DNA of 64,000 bases from Pelagomonas calceolata (GCA_918797485.1 CAKKNE010000004.1:3844001-3908000); one strand, 5' to 3'; shown: positions 21,293 through 31,750, numbered from the stretch's first letter. Notes: generated by a model not told the origin, from the letters alone. Program-made: numbers and translations.

Positions 21293-22822
21293 ATGGCCAT
21301 GCGCTACGAGCTCTCGGCTGTCTTACGAGAGATCTGGACGAGCCGCGCGCTCGTGCCCGGCGCCTGCGTCTTCGCGTACATCGTCGCCAGTCTACTCATA
21401 GTCGTGATGAACAAGGTTGTCTTAGATACGTACCAGTTCCCGTCGACGACCATCATCCTGTCGCTGCAGCTCGCGGCGACGCTCGCGTCGGTCGTCGGCT
21501 TCGTGCTGTGGGTCGGCTGGCCGCGCGAACGACGTAGAAGGGTCTACGGCGCGGTGCAGACGAAGGGTCCAAGTGATAGGACCCTGGTCAAGGCCGCGGC
21601 CCCGCCGTTAGCGCTACTCTTCTTGTTAGACGTGGCCCTCGGACACGTCGCGTCCCGAGCATTGGGTCTAGATGCCTTCGCGGCCTTCCGGCGCTTCAAC
21701 ATCCCGATCGCGATGCATTTGGAGGTCTTCATGCGCATGGCGCCCTGGAATCGGAAAATAGCCGCGGCGACGTGGGTCATGGTCCTCGGTCCCTTGATGG
21801 CTGTCCTGCTCGGCCGTGGGCGGAGCACGTCGGCCTACGAGACGGCGGCGGGGCTGCCGTCCGATATTTTGGACCAGGCGCACGTGTTTGGGGCGGCGTC
21901 CACGGACCGCATCGTATCCCGAGGAAACGCCACGCGCTACGTCATTACACAAAAGTCGCACGGCGCGGCGCGCTTCGAGGCTTTGAGTTTTGACGGCTGT
22001 GCTGCTGCTTTATGTTCCGCGTGCGTCGCGGCGTTACGAGTAGTTGCTTTGAGACATGTCCTCCTGCGCCACCGGAGTCAAGCGGACGCGGCCCAGGGTC
22101 GGGTCTGGACCGAGCGGCCGCGCGGGATTGGGGTGGAGGAGGAGGCTGCTAGAGCGTTGTTAGATGATGATACATCGCAGGACTCGGATTCGGATGTCGA
22201 GCTACCTATCAGGCCAATAGCACCTCCAGAAAAACCGATCCCGTCGACCTACGCCTTCGCCGGTCTGTTGTTGGCGGTGACGACGGCTTTATGCTTGCCC
22301 TGTGTCGTCGTAGCGGGCGCATTCCTCGAAAGGACGGGTGTCGAGAAGGCGCTGACGGATACGACGCTGTCCTTAGGCTTCCTGATGAGGTTCCTCTTCC
22401 TCATCTTGTTAGGACCGACGCACGAGGTTGCTATATATGCTTGTGTGCTGCACAACCCAGCTTTAACAACGCTGGTGGCGTCTGGATTCAAATACACGGC
22501 ACTCGGCGCCTACCACGCGTTTTTTCTGGTCAACTTGCCGGGCGAGGCCGAGCAGGACGAGTGGGACTACCTCGGCACGGCGGTCACTGCATTAGCGTCG
22601 GCGGTGTATACGGTGGAGTGGTTCCGAGCGGCGACGCGGCCCGCGGCGGGCCCCTCGGTGGCCGTCGGGTTGCACGCGCCGCCTCCACAATCGCCCGAGG
22701 AGGACGCGCGCAAGCCGCGGCGTATTCGAAGTTCGGACCAGTTCGAGTCGCCCTGGTGGGCGCGGTCGGCTTCCGTCGAGCTCGTGGACCGGGGGCGGTT
22801 CGGGTCCGTCGTGCGGCTGTGA
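21293..22822 (+). CDS. Nucleotide-sugar / TPT-family (SLC35D-like) transporter
   Basis: YIVASLLIVVMNKVVLDTYQFP, multiple TM helices, NPALTTLVASGFK. Confidence 0.75.
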   Translation: MAMRYELSAVLREIWTSRALVPGACVFAYIVASLLIVVMNKVVLDTYQFPSTTIILSLQLAATLASVVGFVLWVGWPRERRRRVYGAVQTKGPSDRTLVKAAAPPLALLFLLDVALGHVASRALGLDAFAAFRRFNIPIAMHLEVFMRMAPWNRKIAAATWVMVLGPLMAVLLGRGRSTSAYETAAGLPSDILDQAHVFGAASTDRIVSRGNATRYVITQKSHGAARFEALSFDGCAAALCSACVAALRVVALRHVLLRHRSQADAAQGRVWTERPRGIGVEEEAARALLDDDTSQDSDSDVELPIRPIAPPEKPIPSTYAFAGLLLAVTTALCLPCVVVAGAFLERTGVEKALTDTTLSLGFLMRFLFLILLGPTHEVAIYACVLHNPALTTLVASGFKYTALGAYHAFFLVNLPGEAEQDEWDYLGTAVTALASAVYTVEWFRAATRPAAGPSVAVGLHAPPPQSPEEDARKPRRIRSSDQFESPWWARSASVELVDRGRFGSVVRL

Positions 22823-23060
22823 CGGCTTTCTTTGCCGCTTAAGTTTATTGTGTTATAGTCTGCGATTGTTGTGTCAGACACAGCGAATACGTGGCGCCTG
22901 TGAGATCGCGACGCGGCGGGCAGAAGCTCGGGCCGCAGGCTGCCGCGCCGTGGCAGCTCGCGCGCTGAGACGTTGCATCGCTGCCCTTCCACTGTATAGT
23001 CAGAAACGAGTGCCAGGAGATCGTGCGCGAGCGCTTGCGACCTTGCGTGCGGTGCAAACG

Positions 23061-23855
23061 ATGCTCAGGCGCCAGAGCAGTCTGGAATGTGCCGCGGCAG
23101 GGGGGGCGTTGGCAGCTCTTTGGCTCTACCTGAGACGCCGCCGGCGCGACATCACACTCACCTACCTGGATGCCAAGGGCAGCGCCGAAGCAACGCGACT
23201 GGCGCTCACGATCGGTCGCGTGCCCTTCCGTGACGAGCGTCTGAGTTACGCCGAGGTAGCGTTGTTGCGTGACGAGCTGCCCTTTGGGCAGGTGCCCACG
23301 CTACGCGTCGGCGACGAGATGTACTGTCAAAGCGCGGCGATCTTGAGATACGCCGGCCGCTGCGCGGGACTGTTCCCGTCCGATCCAGAATCGCAGCTGC
23401 GCTGCGAGATGGTGCTGGAGTGCATCGCCGAGATTGGACGCGACCTGCTGCCGCTCTGGTATAAGTCGGTGCTACGCCGCGACCCGACGACCGGCGCGCC
23501 CGGCGTGCCGCTGACCCAGGCGCAGGTCCAGAAAGTCCGCAATAGCGTCTCGACGAGCTATATGCCCGTTGGCTTTCGACGACTCGAGAAAATCCTGGGC
23601 GAGCGCACTTATTTCTGCGGCGAGCGCCTGACCATTGCGGACCTCGCGTTCTTCGTCGACGCGACGCAAATCATGGAAGGGACGTTCCTGGCCGACACGG
23701 GCGTCGGACCTGCCGTATTGCTGGATTGTCCGAACCTGCGCGCGCTCCGAGAACGAGTCGCAGCACGCGACGACGTCGCCGCGTACTACCGCGCAGAGGC
23801 GACTCGTCCCACGCAACGAGCGGCGCCGATGCGACGGGCCTCGCCGTCGGCGTGA
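23061..23855 (+). CDS. Glutathione S-transferase (sigma-like)
   Basis: LTYLDAKGSAEATRLAL, LPFGQVPTL, QSAAILRY, LTIADL. Confidence 0.9.
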   Translation: MLRRQSSLECAAAGGALAALWLYLRRRRRDITLTYLDAKGSAEATRLALTIGRVPFRDERLSYAEVALLRDELPFGQVPTLRVGDEMYCQSAAILRYAGRCAGLFPSDPESQLRCEMVLECIAEIGRDLLPLWYKSVLRRDPTTGAPGVPLTQAQVQKVRNSVSTSYMPVGFRRLEKILGERTYFCGERLTIADLAFFVDATQIMEGTFLADTGVGPAVLLDCPNLRALRERVAARDDVAAYYRAEATRPTQRAAPMRRASPSA

Positions 23856-24036
23856 CGGAGAGTGCGTCCTCCTTTTTTTGGCCCCCCGTTGAATTTCTAC
23901 GTTCTTTTCTAATTTAAGTACAGACATTACAGAGGCGGCGTCGCGTCGTCGACGGCGTGATGCCAACGAGGCCGTCCCGCGTCGCGATTTGCGCCTCGGG
24001 TTGGTCGCCGCCCGCGCCCCAGGACACGGGGTGAGT

Positions 24037-24615
24037 TCAGTCCAGCTTCGGCGCGACGCCGTCGAGCCTCGTCGCCTCGCGGAGCCCCGCCGGCCCGAAG
24101 CGCCCCGCCGCCGCGCGCCGCTCGCGCTTCGCCGTATGCGCTTCGACGGAGTAGGTCCGCGCGAGGAACAGGATCATCTCGACGAAGAGCATGCCGATGC
24201 CGCACACGAGCGCCACGACGATCCGGTGCTTCTCCGGCACCTTGTGCTTCGCGAGGCGGTAGCCGACGGCGCCGACGCCGACCGGCGTCATGACCATGTT
24301 CGCGGACACCGTGAAAGAGTGTTTGAGCGACGTCGCGACGCGTTCTTCCGGTCGAATTGGTCTAGGCGCGACGGACTCGACCATCTTGTCGTAGGCTCTT
24401 CGCTCGGCGCGCGCTTGTAGTATGTTCCGCCGCCGCGCGACGGCCTCGCTCGTTGTCTTTTGCGGCGGCGGCGCGAAGACGAGTGTCGAACCGCGTAGTG
24501 TGTCTCGTAACCGACCAGATCCATTCGTCGTTTCGTACTCATGCACCAACTCGTCGACGCGTTTTAGGGTTGTCTTGGTTTGGAGCTTGAGGCCCTCCAC
24601 TGGTGGCGCTGCCAT
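24037..24615 (-). CDS. V-ATPase assembly factor VMA12/TMEM199-like
   Basis: LQARAERRAYDKMV followed by two TM helices ending MLFVEMILFL. Confidence 0.7.
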   Translation of the reverse strand: MAAPPVEGLKLQTKTTLKRVDELVHEYETTNGSGRLRDTLRGSTLVFAPPPQKTTSEAVARRRNILQARAERRAYDKMVESVAPRPIRPEERVATSLKHSFTVSANMVMTPVGVGAVGYRLAKHKVPEKHRIVVALVCGIGMLFVEMILFLARTYSVEAHTAKRERRAAAGRFGPAGLREATRLDGVAPKLD

Positions 24616-24671
24616 GCTGTATAGCTGGAATTGCTGCGCTAGGGCTGTATAGCTGGATTTGCGGCGCTAGG
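24616..24671. repeat. 28-bp tandem duplication abutting the VMA12-like start codon
   Basis: GCTGTATAGCTGGAATTGCTGCGCTAGG / GCTGTATAGCTGGATTTGCGGCGCTAGG. Confidence 0.8.
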
Positions 24672-24768
24672 ATTGTGAAAGCTATGCTCTGGAATGTGTC
24701 CCTTGTGTATGCTGCGCTTCAGGCGTGCGCTAACTGTCCGTAAGGCGGACCGCCGCAGCTTGGTAATT

Positions 24769-24791
24769 GCTAGTGTCTTACTGCCGCTAGC
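24769..24791 (+). promoter_or_regulatory. Bipartite CTAG intergenic motif
   Basis: GCTAGTGTCTTACTGCCGCTAGC between divergent genes. Confidence 0.75.
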
Positions 24792-24827
24792 TGTGGAAAT
24801 GCCAAAAAGCGCTCGGAAAACGCATAA

Positions 24828-25796
24828 ATGGATTCTCGCACGCGACAACGTGTGGAGGGCAGCGCCCGACCTGGTAGCATACCGCTGCGCCCGGAACTGG
24901 TCGAGTTTATGAGTGCGCGGTGCCTCAGCCGCTACTCCAGGTGCAGCAAAGTTGTGCGCGCCGACGTGCGCGAGGCCAACGCGTGGCAATTGCTCGCGGC
25001 GCGGCAAGCGCCGCTCGCGACGCCGCGAATCGCTCGCGACGCCTTGGAGATCGACGCAATATCGCGCGTGCGGTCGCACGTGCGCCGGCGGCTGCTCGCG
25101 GACGCTCTGGAGAATACCTCCGCGCCACGACTTAATCCAAACCACTTTGAGGATTTTACATTTTTTGTGCGCCTACGCCAGGATGATGTCGTGATTTGGG
25201 AGGGCGACCTACTTCATCAGCGAGCAGCAGCTGGAACTCCTTCTGACAACGGGTGCCTTCATCTTCCTTTGGCCGAAGTTTGGGCCACGATAAAGCAATC
25301 AGGTTCGTGCGCGGAGCTGACAACTTGGCTCGCACAGACAGGCACATTGCTGGAACAAGATCAGGCTGTCTTGGGACGTCTCTCGATAACTTTGGTCGCA
25401 ATTCGAAAATCAGACGAAGCAGTGGTCTCGCTTGGGCACTTTTCCATTCTAAGTTGGGATCAAGTATTCGGGACCGGCAACCCAGATCAGTCGTTTAAAT
25501 TTAATAGCTCTCCACATGTTCCTTTGTTTGCTTCGCCAGGCCATCAATTTCGGGCTGACTTGTGGCTAGGAACTTTACACGGCACGACTGGTGGAGGCAC
25601 ATTAGACTACCTCGATCTCGAGATAACTCATTCTGTGACGAGGGAAACTGCTCACAGTGGAGAACTATCTACACATTCGATGCGATATCTGCTGACGTAT
25701 CTCGCTGGAGTCCAGCCCTTCGAACGCGCAGCAGCGCTGAGGACGATCCAAAGCTGGGGGAGTATTGATTCCGACTCGGAGCCGGACTCGGATTAA
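24828..25796 (+). CDS. Hypothetical protein (lower GC, possible F-box-like N-terminus)
   Basis: 322-aa ATG ORF. The 3' two-thirds are visibly AT-richer than the neighbouring genes. Confidence 0.6.
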   Translation: MDSRTRQRVEGSARPGSIPLRPELVEFMSARCLSRYSRCSKVVRADVREANAWQLLAARQAPLATPRIARDALEIDAISRVRSHVRRRLLADALENTSAPRLNPNHFEDFTFFVRLRQDDVVIWEGDLLHQRAAAGTPSDNGCLHLPLAEVWATIKQSGSCAELTTWLAQTGTLLEQDQAVLGRLSITLVAIRKSDEAVVSLGHFSILSWDQVFGTGNPDQSFKFNSSPHVPLFASPGHQFRADLWLGTLHGTTGGGTLDYLDLEITHSVTRETAHSGELSTHSMRYLLTYLAGVQPFERAAALRTIQSWGSIDSDSEPDSD

Positions 25797-25834
25797 ACTC
25801 TAGGATTAAACGTAACCCAAGTTAGACTCGAAAC

Positions 25835-27691
25835 CTAGCGCGCCGTCCGCACCTCGCGCGGCATCGCCTGGACAGAAGATGAAGCCTCGTCGTCGGACGA
25901 ATAAATGGGCGGCGCGTCGTAGTCGACCTCGCAGAGCATGCACGAGTCCGCGTACTCCACAATCCCAAATTCAAACCCGTCCACGAGCGCGTTCGCCGAC
26001 GCGGAGATGACGTTCCGGTCCACACTGACAGTCGTCCAGACCTTGCCCGTAATTTTTTCTTTGAACGTGCATTCGACGCGCGTGGCCGCTCTCGTGGCCG
26101 AGTGCGGATCTAAAATGCGCACCTTGTAGTCCACCAGCCTGATCGAATCGACGAAGGGGAACGTCGGGGCTAAACTCCGTACCAATGCTGCTGCGAGCGC
26201 ATCGACCGGTCCCGACCCCTCGGCGACATCTAATCGGTCCTCGTCGTCGCCGTCGGCGATCCTCACTTTGACGGTAGCTCGGGCTCGTTGGGCTGTACGA
26301 CGGCCACCCTTGGCCACGGCACGCGACGCGCTATCTAGATTTTCATCTGACGTCGTCACGCTGTAGTCGAGCACCGTAAAGGGCGAGCAGTAGCCCGGCG
26401 ACGCATGTAGCAACATCAAATGGACCGAGGCTTCCGCGCCTTCAAACGAGTAGCCCAAATTCTCCAGCCGCTTCACGCGCTCGAGAATGGCCGCGGACCT
26501 TTCCCTCCACTTCGCCTGGCCGAGGTCGGTCGCGTCCTCGTGCTCCCTTACCAACCCCGCCTTTTTTAGGGTTGACCAGATGTTCGCTCTACCACTAAGT
26601 TCCGAGACCAGTACCCTTTGCTCGTTGCCCACGCGCGCGGGGTCGACGTGCTCGTACGCCTTTGCGTTTTTCGCGAGCGCCGAGACGTGCAGGCCGCCCT
26701 TGTGCGCGAAGGCCGACGCGCCCACGTACGGTTGGCTCTTGCGCGGGATTAGGTTCAGCGTCTCGTCGACGAAGCGCGCCGAATCGGCAAGCAAGTGTAA
26801 GTTCGACGAGCAGGCCACGTCGATGCCTTCCGGAGCTATTTGTGTACCTTTCAGCGCGAGGGCGCCGATGATCGCATTCAAATTGGCGTTGCCCGTCCGC
26901 TCGCCGACGCCGTTCGCCGTGCCCTGGACGAGGGAAGCGCCGCCTCTTACAGCTGCTAATGAATTGGCGACCGCCACGCCCGAGTCGTCGTGCGCGTGGA
27001 CTCCTACAACGATATTAGATGGCACGGCATCAACGACGGCGGCCGTGGCCCGTTCGACGTCCCAGGGCAGGTGCCCGCCGTTCGTGTCGCAGAGAACGAC
27101 CGCCTCGGCGCCCGCCTCGACGGCAACGCGCGCACATTCGAGACTGTAGGCTTCGTCGCCGTCCGCTGCTCGTCCGCCAAGGAACCCATCATAAAAATGC
27201 TCGAGGTCGACGTGCACTTTCAGGCCTTCTTGCCTTAGGAACTCTACGGACGACGAAATCATGTCCAGGTTGTCTTCTCTAGATGCTCCAAGAATGTCAG
27301 TAGTTTGCCAGCTCGAGGCCTTGCAGACGATGCACGCCGTCGGCGCGCCGGACTCTACAAGTGCTCTTAGTTGAGGATCTTGGTCGGCCGTCGCCGAGCG
27401 CTTCGAACGTGTCGACCCGAAGGCCACGAGCTTTTGTTTTGCTTCGCTTGACAATTCGGTCTTAGCGCGGGTAAAGAACTCGGCGTCTTTTGGATTGGAG
27501 CCGGGCCAGCCGCATTCCAGATAATCGACGCCGAAGGCCGCGAGCTTCGACGCGATCTTGAGCTTGTCGTCGACGGAGCAGGAGACGGCCTCGCCCTGCG
27601 TGCCGTCTCTGAGGGTTGTGTCGTAGACGAAGATGCGCCGCGGCGTCGGCGCGAGGGCCGCAGCAGTTGTCGCTAGCAGGAGGCCTCGCAT
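25835..27691 (-). CDS. cimA: Citramalate synthase-type DRE-TIM enzyme (IPMS family), predicted plastid-targeted
   Basis: YDTTLRDGTQGE, GWPGSNPKDAEFF, AFGSTR, EHFYDG, LCDTNGG, HAHDD, GERTGNA, SAFAHKGGLHVSA, LeuA-type regulatory domain. Leader MRGLLLATTAAALAP. Confidence 0.82.
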   Translation of the reverse strand: MRGLLLATTAAALAPTPRRIFVYDTTLRDGTQGEAVSCSVDDKLKIASKLAAFGVDYLECGWPGSNPKDAEFFTRAKTELSSEAKQKLVAFGSTRSKRSATADQDPQLRALVESGAPTACIVCKASSWQTTDILGASREDNLDMISSSVEFLRQEGLKVHVDLEHFYDGFLGGRAADGDEAYSLECARVAVEAGAEAVVLCDTNGGHLPWDVERATAAVVDAVPSNIVVGVHAHDDSGVAVANSLAAVRGGASLVQGTANGVGERTGNANLNAIIGALALKGTQIAPEGIDVACSSNLHLLADSARFVDETLNLIPRKSQPYVGASAFAHKGGLHVSALAKNAKAYEHVDPARVGNEQRVLVSELSGRANIWSTLKKAGLVREHEDATDLGQAKWRERSAAILERVKRLENLGYSFEGAEASVHLMLLHASPGYCSPFTVLDYSVTTSDENLDSASRAVAKGGRRTAQRARATVKVRIADGDDEDRLDVAEGSGPVDALAAALVRSLAPTFPFVDSIRLVDYKVRILDPHSATRAATRVECTFKEKITGKVWTTVSVDRNVISASANALVDGFEFGIVEYADSCMLCEVDYDAPPIYSSDDEASSSVQAMPREVRTAR

Positions 27692-27921
27692 GGCGAGCGA
27701 TGCCGCTGCCAGCAATTGCTCTTCGGCTGCCGGCGAGCCTACTCCGCCTGGCACTTCTCCCGACTCGTGCTGCCAGGCTGCGTATGGCGCTCGTTTCTGC
27801 CCAAGCACCAGCTGCTACTGTAACCAGCTTGCAGACGAAACTGCGCGCAAGGATGATCAGGAACGGTGCGGAGACGTCGTTTGAGCGACCTTGTTCAGTC
27901 GGCGGCGTTTCTTCCTGCTTT

Positions 27922-27945
27922 GCTAGTGTGTTACAGGTCGCTAGC
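27922..27945 (+). promoter_or_regulatory. Bipartite CTAG intergenic motif
   Basis: GCTAGTGTGTTACAGGTCGCTAGC between divergent genes. Confidence 0.75.
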
Positions 27946-28133
27946 CCATCCATTTTTTACAAACAACTACAGCTATCGCTAGACCGACACGGCAACAGAG
28001 CGGAGCGTCTTAAACGCATCTCGCAGCCAGTTCGAGCATCCCTGCGAAGCGCCACCGCCGCAGAGCCAACAGCGGCCTCAAACACCACCACACTCATCAA
28101 TCGTCGCCGCGCGCCGTCGCCGCTGCAAGAGAA

Positions 28134-28306
28134 ATGATCGAGGTCATCTGCAACGACCGCCTCGGCAAGAAGATTAGGGTGAAGTGCAACGAGGACGACA
28201 CGATCGGCGACCTGAAAAAGCTCGTCGCGGCGCAGAGCGGCACCCGGCCCGAGAAGATCCGCATCCAGAAGTGGTACACCATCTTCAAGGACCACATCAC
28301 GCTCGA

Positions 28307-28342
<36 letters not shown>

Positions 28343-28355
28343 GTACTACAACTAG
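28134..28355 (+). CDS. UBL5: Ubiquitin-like protein 5 (Hub1)
   Basis: 73 aa, [19 protein letters not shown]...[14 protein letters not shown]. Confidence 0.97.
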
Positions 28356-28421
28356 GCCGCGCCGCCTACTCAATTCGCCCCTCCTCATTTGGATCCCTGT
28401 AAACGCAAGCACTCTTCAACT

Positions 28422-29408
28422 ATGCGCTCCAGAACGGCCGCGGCGCCGACGTCGCCGCCGCGAAAGGCCGCGCCGGCGACGTACTCGCGCACTGATCATA
28501 TAGCCATGGTCGTGCTCGCGACCGTCGGCTGTCTGCTCCTGCTCGCGCCGCAGCGCGATCCCGTGTTCACGCACGCGGTGCCGCGGCCGCCGGCGCGCGC
28601 CCGCAATGCGAACTGTAGGATTCTCAACAGCACCCTCAAGCTCTCGTCCTGCGACGACAACTACGATGAGAATTACGTCTATCCCCTCCTCATCACGGGT
28701 GTGGGCCGCTCCGGCACGCGGTTCGCCGCCAAAACTTTAACGGCACGTGGCTACGACGTGGCGCACGACGACGCGCGCGTTGGCAGAGTAGGTGCTGCGT
28801 CGTGGCCGCTCGCGATCCGCGAGGGGGCCTACGCCTACCAGCTGCCCAACTTCGCGCAAGTCAATGCGGGCTTCCGCGGCCCGAATCCGCGGTGGCGCGT
28901 CCGCCGCGTCTTCCACCAGACTAGGGATCCCCTCAAGACCGTGCTATCGCGGGCGAACTCGGTGGGAATGATGGTCTCGCCCTGGAGCTACTCGGACCCG
29001 CTGCTGTTCCGCGATGGCCTGGGTTACTGCCCCGGGTTTCCCCCGGCGAGCGAACTGGAGGCGTGGCGCCGCGACCGGCGCGCCGTCGAGGGGGGCGGCG
29101 CCCCCTGGACCCAAGATATGCGGCTTCGAGTCGCGTTGTTTCACTACGTCTTCTGGAACGACTGGGTCCGGGCCTACGCCGACTGGACGTACAAAGTGGA
29201 AGACTTCGACGCGGACGAGATAGCAAGGCGCGCGGCGCTGGGCCCGCCGCGGCCGCCGGCGCGCCCCATACCCGCGGCGGCGGCGGAGAACTCGCGCGCG
29301 ATGGACCCGGCGCTCGCGAGCGTGACCTGGGCGGACCTCGAGCGGATTTCGCCGGTGGTGTGGCGGCGCGCGACGCGGCTGGCGAGGGAGTTTGGCTACG
29401 ACTACTGA
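28422..29408 (+). CDS. Sulfotransferase-like type II membrane protein
   Basis: N-terminal TM. LITGVGRSGT (5'-PSB-like) and HQTRDPLKTVLS (3'-PB-like). Confidence 0.7.
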   Translation: MRSRTAAAPTSPPRKAAPATYSRTDHIAMVVLATVGCLLLLAPQRDPVFTHAVPRPPARARNANCRILNSTLKLSSCDDNYDENYVYPLLITGVGRSGTRFAAKTLTARGYDVAHDDARVGRVGAASWPLAIREGAYAYQLPNFAQVNAGFRGPNPRWRVRRVFHQTRDPLKTVLSRANSVGMMVSPWSYSDPLLFRDGLGYCPGFPPASELEAWRRDRRAVEGGGAPWTQDMRLRVALFHYVFWNDWVRAYADWTYKVEDFDADEIARRAALGPPRPPARPIPAAAAENSRAMDPALASVTWADLERISPVVWRRATRLAREFGYDY

Positions 29409-29802
29409 GTTTAAGGGGGCTATTTGTGATCTCTCATCTGCGTAGAAGGCACGACGCGGCGATGGCGTCTGATCCTACCGATCGCGTACAGATAGCGCGG
29501 GTAATTCGCGCGTTGCGAAAGGGTATCGATTTCTCGCTCGGCCCAGTCTCTACGTTAGTCTATGCGATTATCCGTTGTGCGTCTAGGACCCCCGATGCTA
29601 GTATGTCTGTAGTCTAGGTCAAGTTCCCAGGCAGATCGACGCGCCACCTGGCTCTGTGCGCGCACTGGCCTCACGCGTTCGATCCGCGGCTGCCAGAAAG
29701 CTCTGCGCATCCCATTTAGCCGTCCACGAGCGCGTGACGCGCGCGGCGCCTGTGTGGGCTCATACCGCCCAGGAAAGCTCTGCTGGACGCGCCGCGTGCA
29801 CG

Positions 29803-30690
29803 ATGGACGCCGACACCGTCCAGGCCCTCCGCGACGCCAAGGCCTTGTTCGACGAGGGCATCCTGAGCGAGCAGGAGTTCAAGGAGAAGAAGGCCGAGTT
29901 ATTGCAGCCCAAGGCCGCGCCCGTCGCCGCGAAGCCCAAGCCCAAGCCCAAGCCCGCGCCGAAGAAGAAGAGCGAGGCCAAGCCCAAGGCCGAGAAAAAG
30001 CCCAAGAAGTCCAACGCGTCCAGCGACGGCAGCGAGAAGGAGAAGAAGGCCCCCCGGGTGGCCGAGCTCACGCTGCAGGACGCGGGCGAGGACGGCGTCC
30101 TGGTGACGGGTTCTGGTACCTTCCGCGCGAAATCTCTGCTCGCGTCGCTCGGCGGGAGCTGGTCCAAGAAATTGAAGGCGTGGGTTTTTGGTGCCGGAAC
30201 GGCCCACGCGACGGCGGCGGCGCTCAAGGCGTCGACGGCGCCTTCGATCAATCTGACGGTCGAGGAGGGCGGCGCCGGCGCGGCGAAGCGGCGCGAGTCG
30301 TCGCTGGCGTCGGCCAAGGCCGAGGCGCTCGCGGCGGCGGCCACAGCTGGTGCCTCGGCGACGCTCGAGGTCTGTAAACACAAGCGCGCGGTCCTCGTGA
30401 AGGGCGACACGAAGAACGTGAAGCCCGTGCTCCAGGCGCTCGAGGGCTCCTGGAACAAGGGCCTCGGCGGCTGGGTCTTTCCGATGAAGAAGCGGGAGGA
30501 GGTTTTGGCGGCGCTGCGCCAGGACCCGACGAACACGATTAACGAGGACCCGGCTTTAGTCGCCGAAGCCGCCAAAGCCGTCAAGGCCGAGCCCGTCGCC
30601 GAGAAGCGCAAGTCCGTCGACGCGGCCGACGCACCGGAGGCGAAGCGCCAGTCGCTCGACGGCGAGCAGCTGTACCCGCCGAGCGCGTGA
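29803..30690 (+). CDS. SHOCT-domain protein with two repeated GxW...WVF domains
   Basis: LRDAKALFDEGILSEQEFKEKKAELL (SHOCT), K/P-rich linker, two homologous ~45-aa repeats. Confidence 0.75.
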   Translation: MDADTVQALRDAKALFDEGILSEQEFKEKKAELLQPKAAPVAAKPKPKPKPAPKKKSEAKPKAEKKPKKSNASSDGSEKEKKAPRVAELTLQDAGEDGVLVTGSGTFRAKSLLASLGGSWSKKLKAWVFGAGTAHATAAALKASTAPSINLTVEEGGAGAAKRRESSLASAKAEALAAAATAGASATLEVCKHKRAVLVKGDTKNVKPVLQALEGSWNKGLGGWVFPMKKREEVLAALRQDPTNTINEDPALVAEAAKAVKAEPVAEKRKSVDAADAPEAKRQSLDGEQLYPPSA

Positions 30691-31750
30691 CTCCGTGAGC
30701 GTGCCTCCCTGAAGACCTAAGTGGCATTGCTTGTGAACACTTATCCCCCCAGGGCCATCCTAGGGTGTCGCGACTGCGCGCAACTTCTCGCGGCGAACCG
30801 CGTGCACGGCTCCGTCGATTACGACGTTTATCCGCCCACGCGCGGCGACGTCCAGAGGCGTCGGCACGACGACAACGTGCCGGCCATTTAGAACGAAGTT
30901 CGAAATGGTCGGGTGGAGACCATGGAGCTCGACGGTCGACCAGCCGGAGGACGAAAGGGCGCACCGTGAGGCGCGCCTTCGCTACGGCGTCGTCGGAGCT
31001 TCTCATCATTTCCTCAAGCGAAAAGCGCGCGGGCAGGTCGGTGGCGTGTGCCCCTTGAACTTCCACCTGTCGTGAATCGTAGACTCGCAATTCCACCGGC
31101 CGTGCCGACGTGTTCTTGAAATCGAGCAACAATGACGGTGTGCCGCGTTCAATCACGAAGCGGACCGGCCTACCCGTACCTCCATCGAAGAGCTCGAGGA
31201 CGCCTCCCATCCGCCCGGACGCGTCGAACGCAGCGATTTCGGCGTCGCGGGCGCGCGCGGCAGATGACTCCACCGCCGCGGCGGTGAGGGCGCGACCCGG
31301 GTAGTGCTGCTCGAGCGTGAGCATGTCGTGAGAACAGCTCTCCGCCAGGGCCGCGCGCAGGGTCATCATTCGCGCCTCCGCGTCGAAGCGCTCCACGAGG
31401 ACGCCGTAGATCCGCACGCGCACGCCTTCGTCGCTGTGCCGCGCGATGCGTCCGAGCCACTGCGCCGCCGCTCCTCGGACGCCTTGCGACGAGTCCTCGC
31501 GGAGAGCGCGCAAGAGGTAGGGCTCCGCGAGAGAACCGAGTGCTTTTGCGTGCGAATTCACCGCCAGGAGTCGTCTTTTGGCCTTCTTGGCGTAGCGCTT
31601 GGGGATGCTCCGCCGGAGACCGACGATCACGCCCGCCTTCTGCGCGAAGGTGCGGCCGACCGCCTTCAGTGAAGGGTAATCCTGCACCGCCACAAAATCA
31701 CCGATCTTCTCGAGGGCGCGGTCGGTGCTCGCGAGGGTTGTGTGCGCCAT
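30581..31750 (-). CDS. Hypothetical protein with a HEAT-like repeat (3' end uncertain)
   Basis: ATG at 31750. LLRALREDSSQGVRGAAAQWLG. The last ~100 codons look non-coding and overlap the convergent gene. Confidence 0.5.
   Translation of the reverse strand: MAHTTLASTDRALEKIGDFVAVQDYPSLKAVGRTFAQKAGVIVGLRRSIPKRYAKKAKRRLLAVNSHAKALGSLAEPYLLRALREDSSQGVRGAAAQWLGRIARHSDEGVRVRIYGVLVERFDAEARMMTLRAALAESCSHDMLTLEQHYPGRALTAAAVESSAARARDAEIAAFDASGRMGGVLELFDGGTGRPVRFVIERGTPSLLLDFKNTSARPVELRVYDSRQVEVQGAHATDLPARFSLEEMMRSSDDAVAKARLTVRPFVLRLVDRRAPWSPPDHFELRSKWPARCRRADASGRRRAWADKRRNRRSRARGSPREVARSRDTLGWPWGDKCSQAMPLRSSGRHAHGVTRSAGTAARRRATGASPPVRRPRRRTCASRRRARP

Noticed and set aside
30581..30690. 110-bp coding overlap between convergent genes
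   Set aside because: The minus-strand tail looks like run-on through non-coding sequence, and the true 3' end is uncertain.
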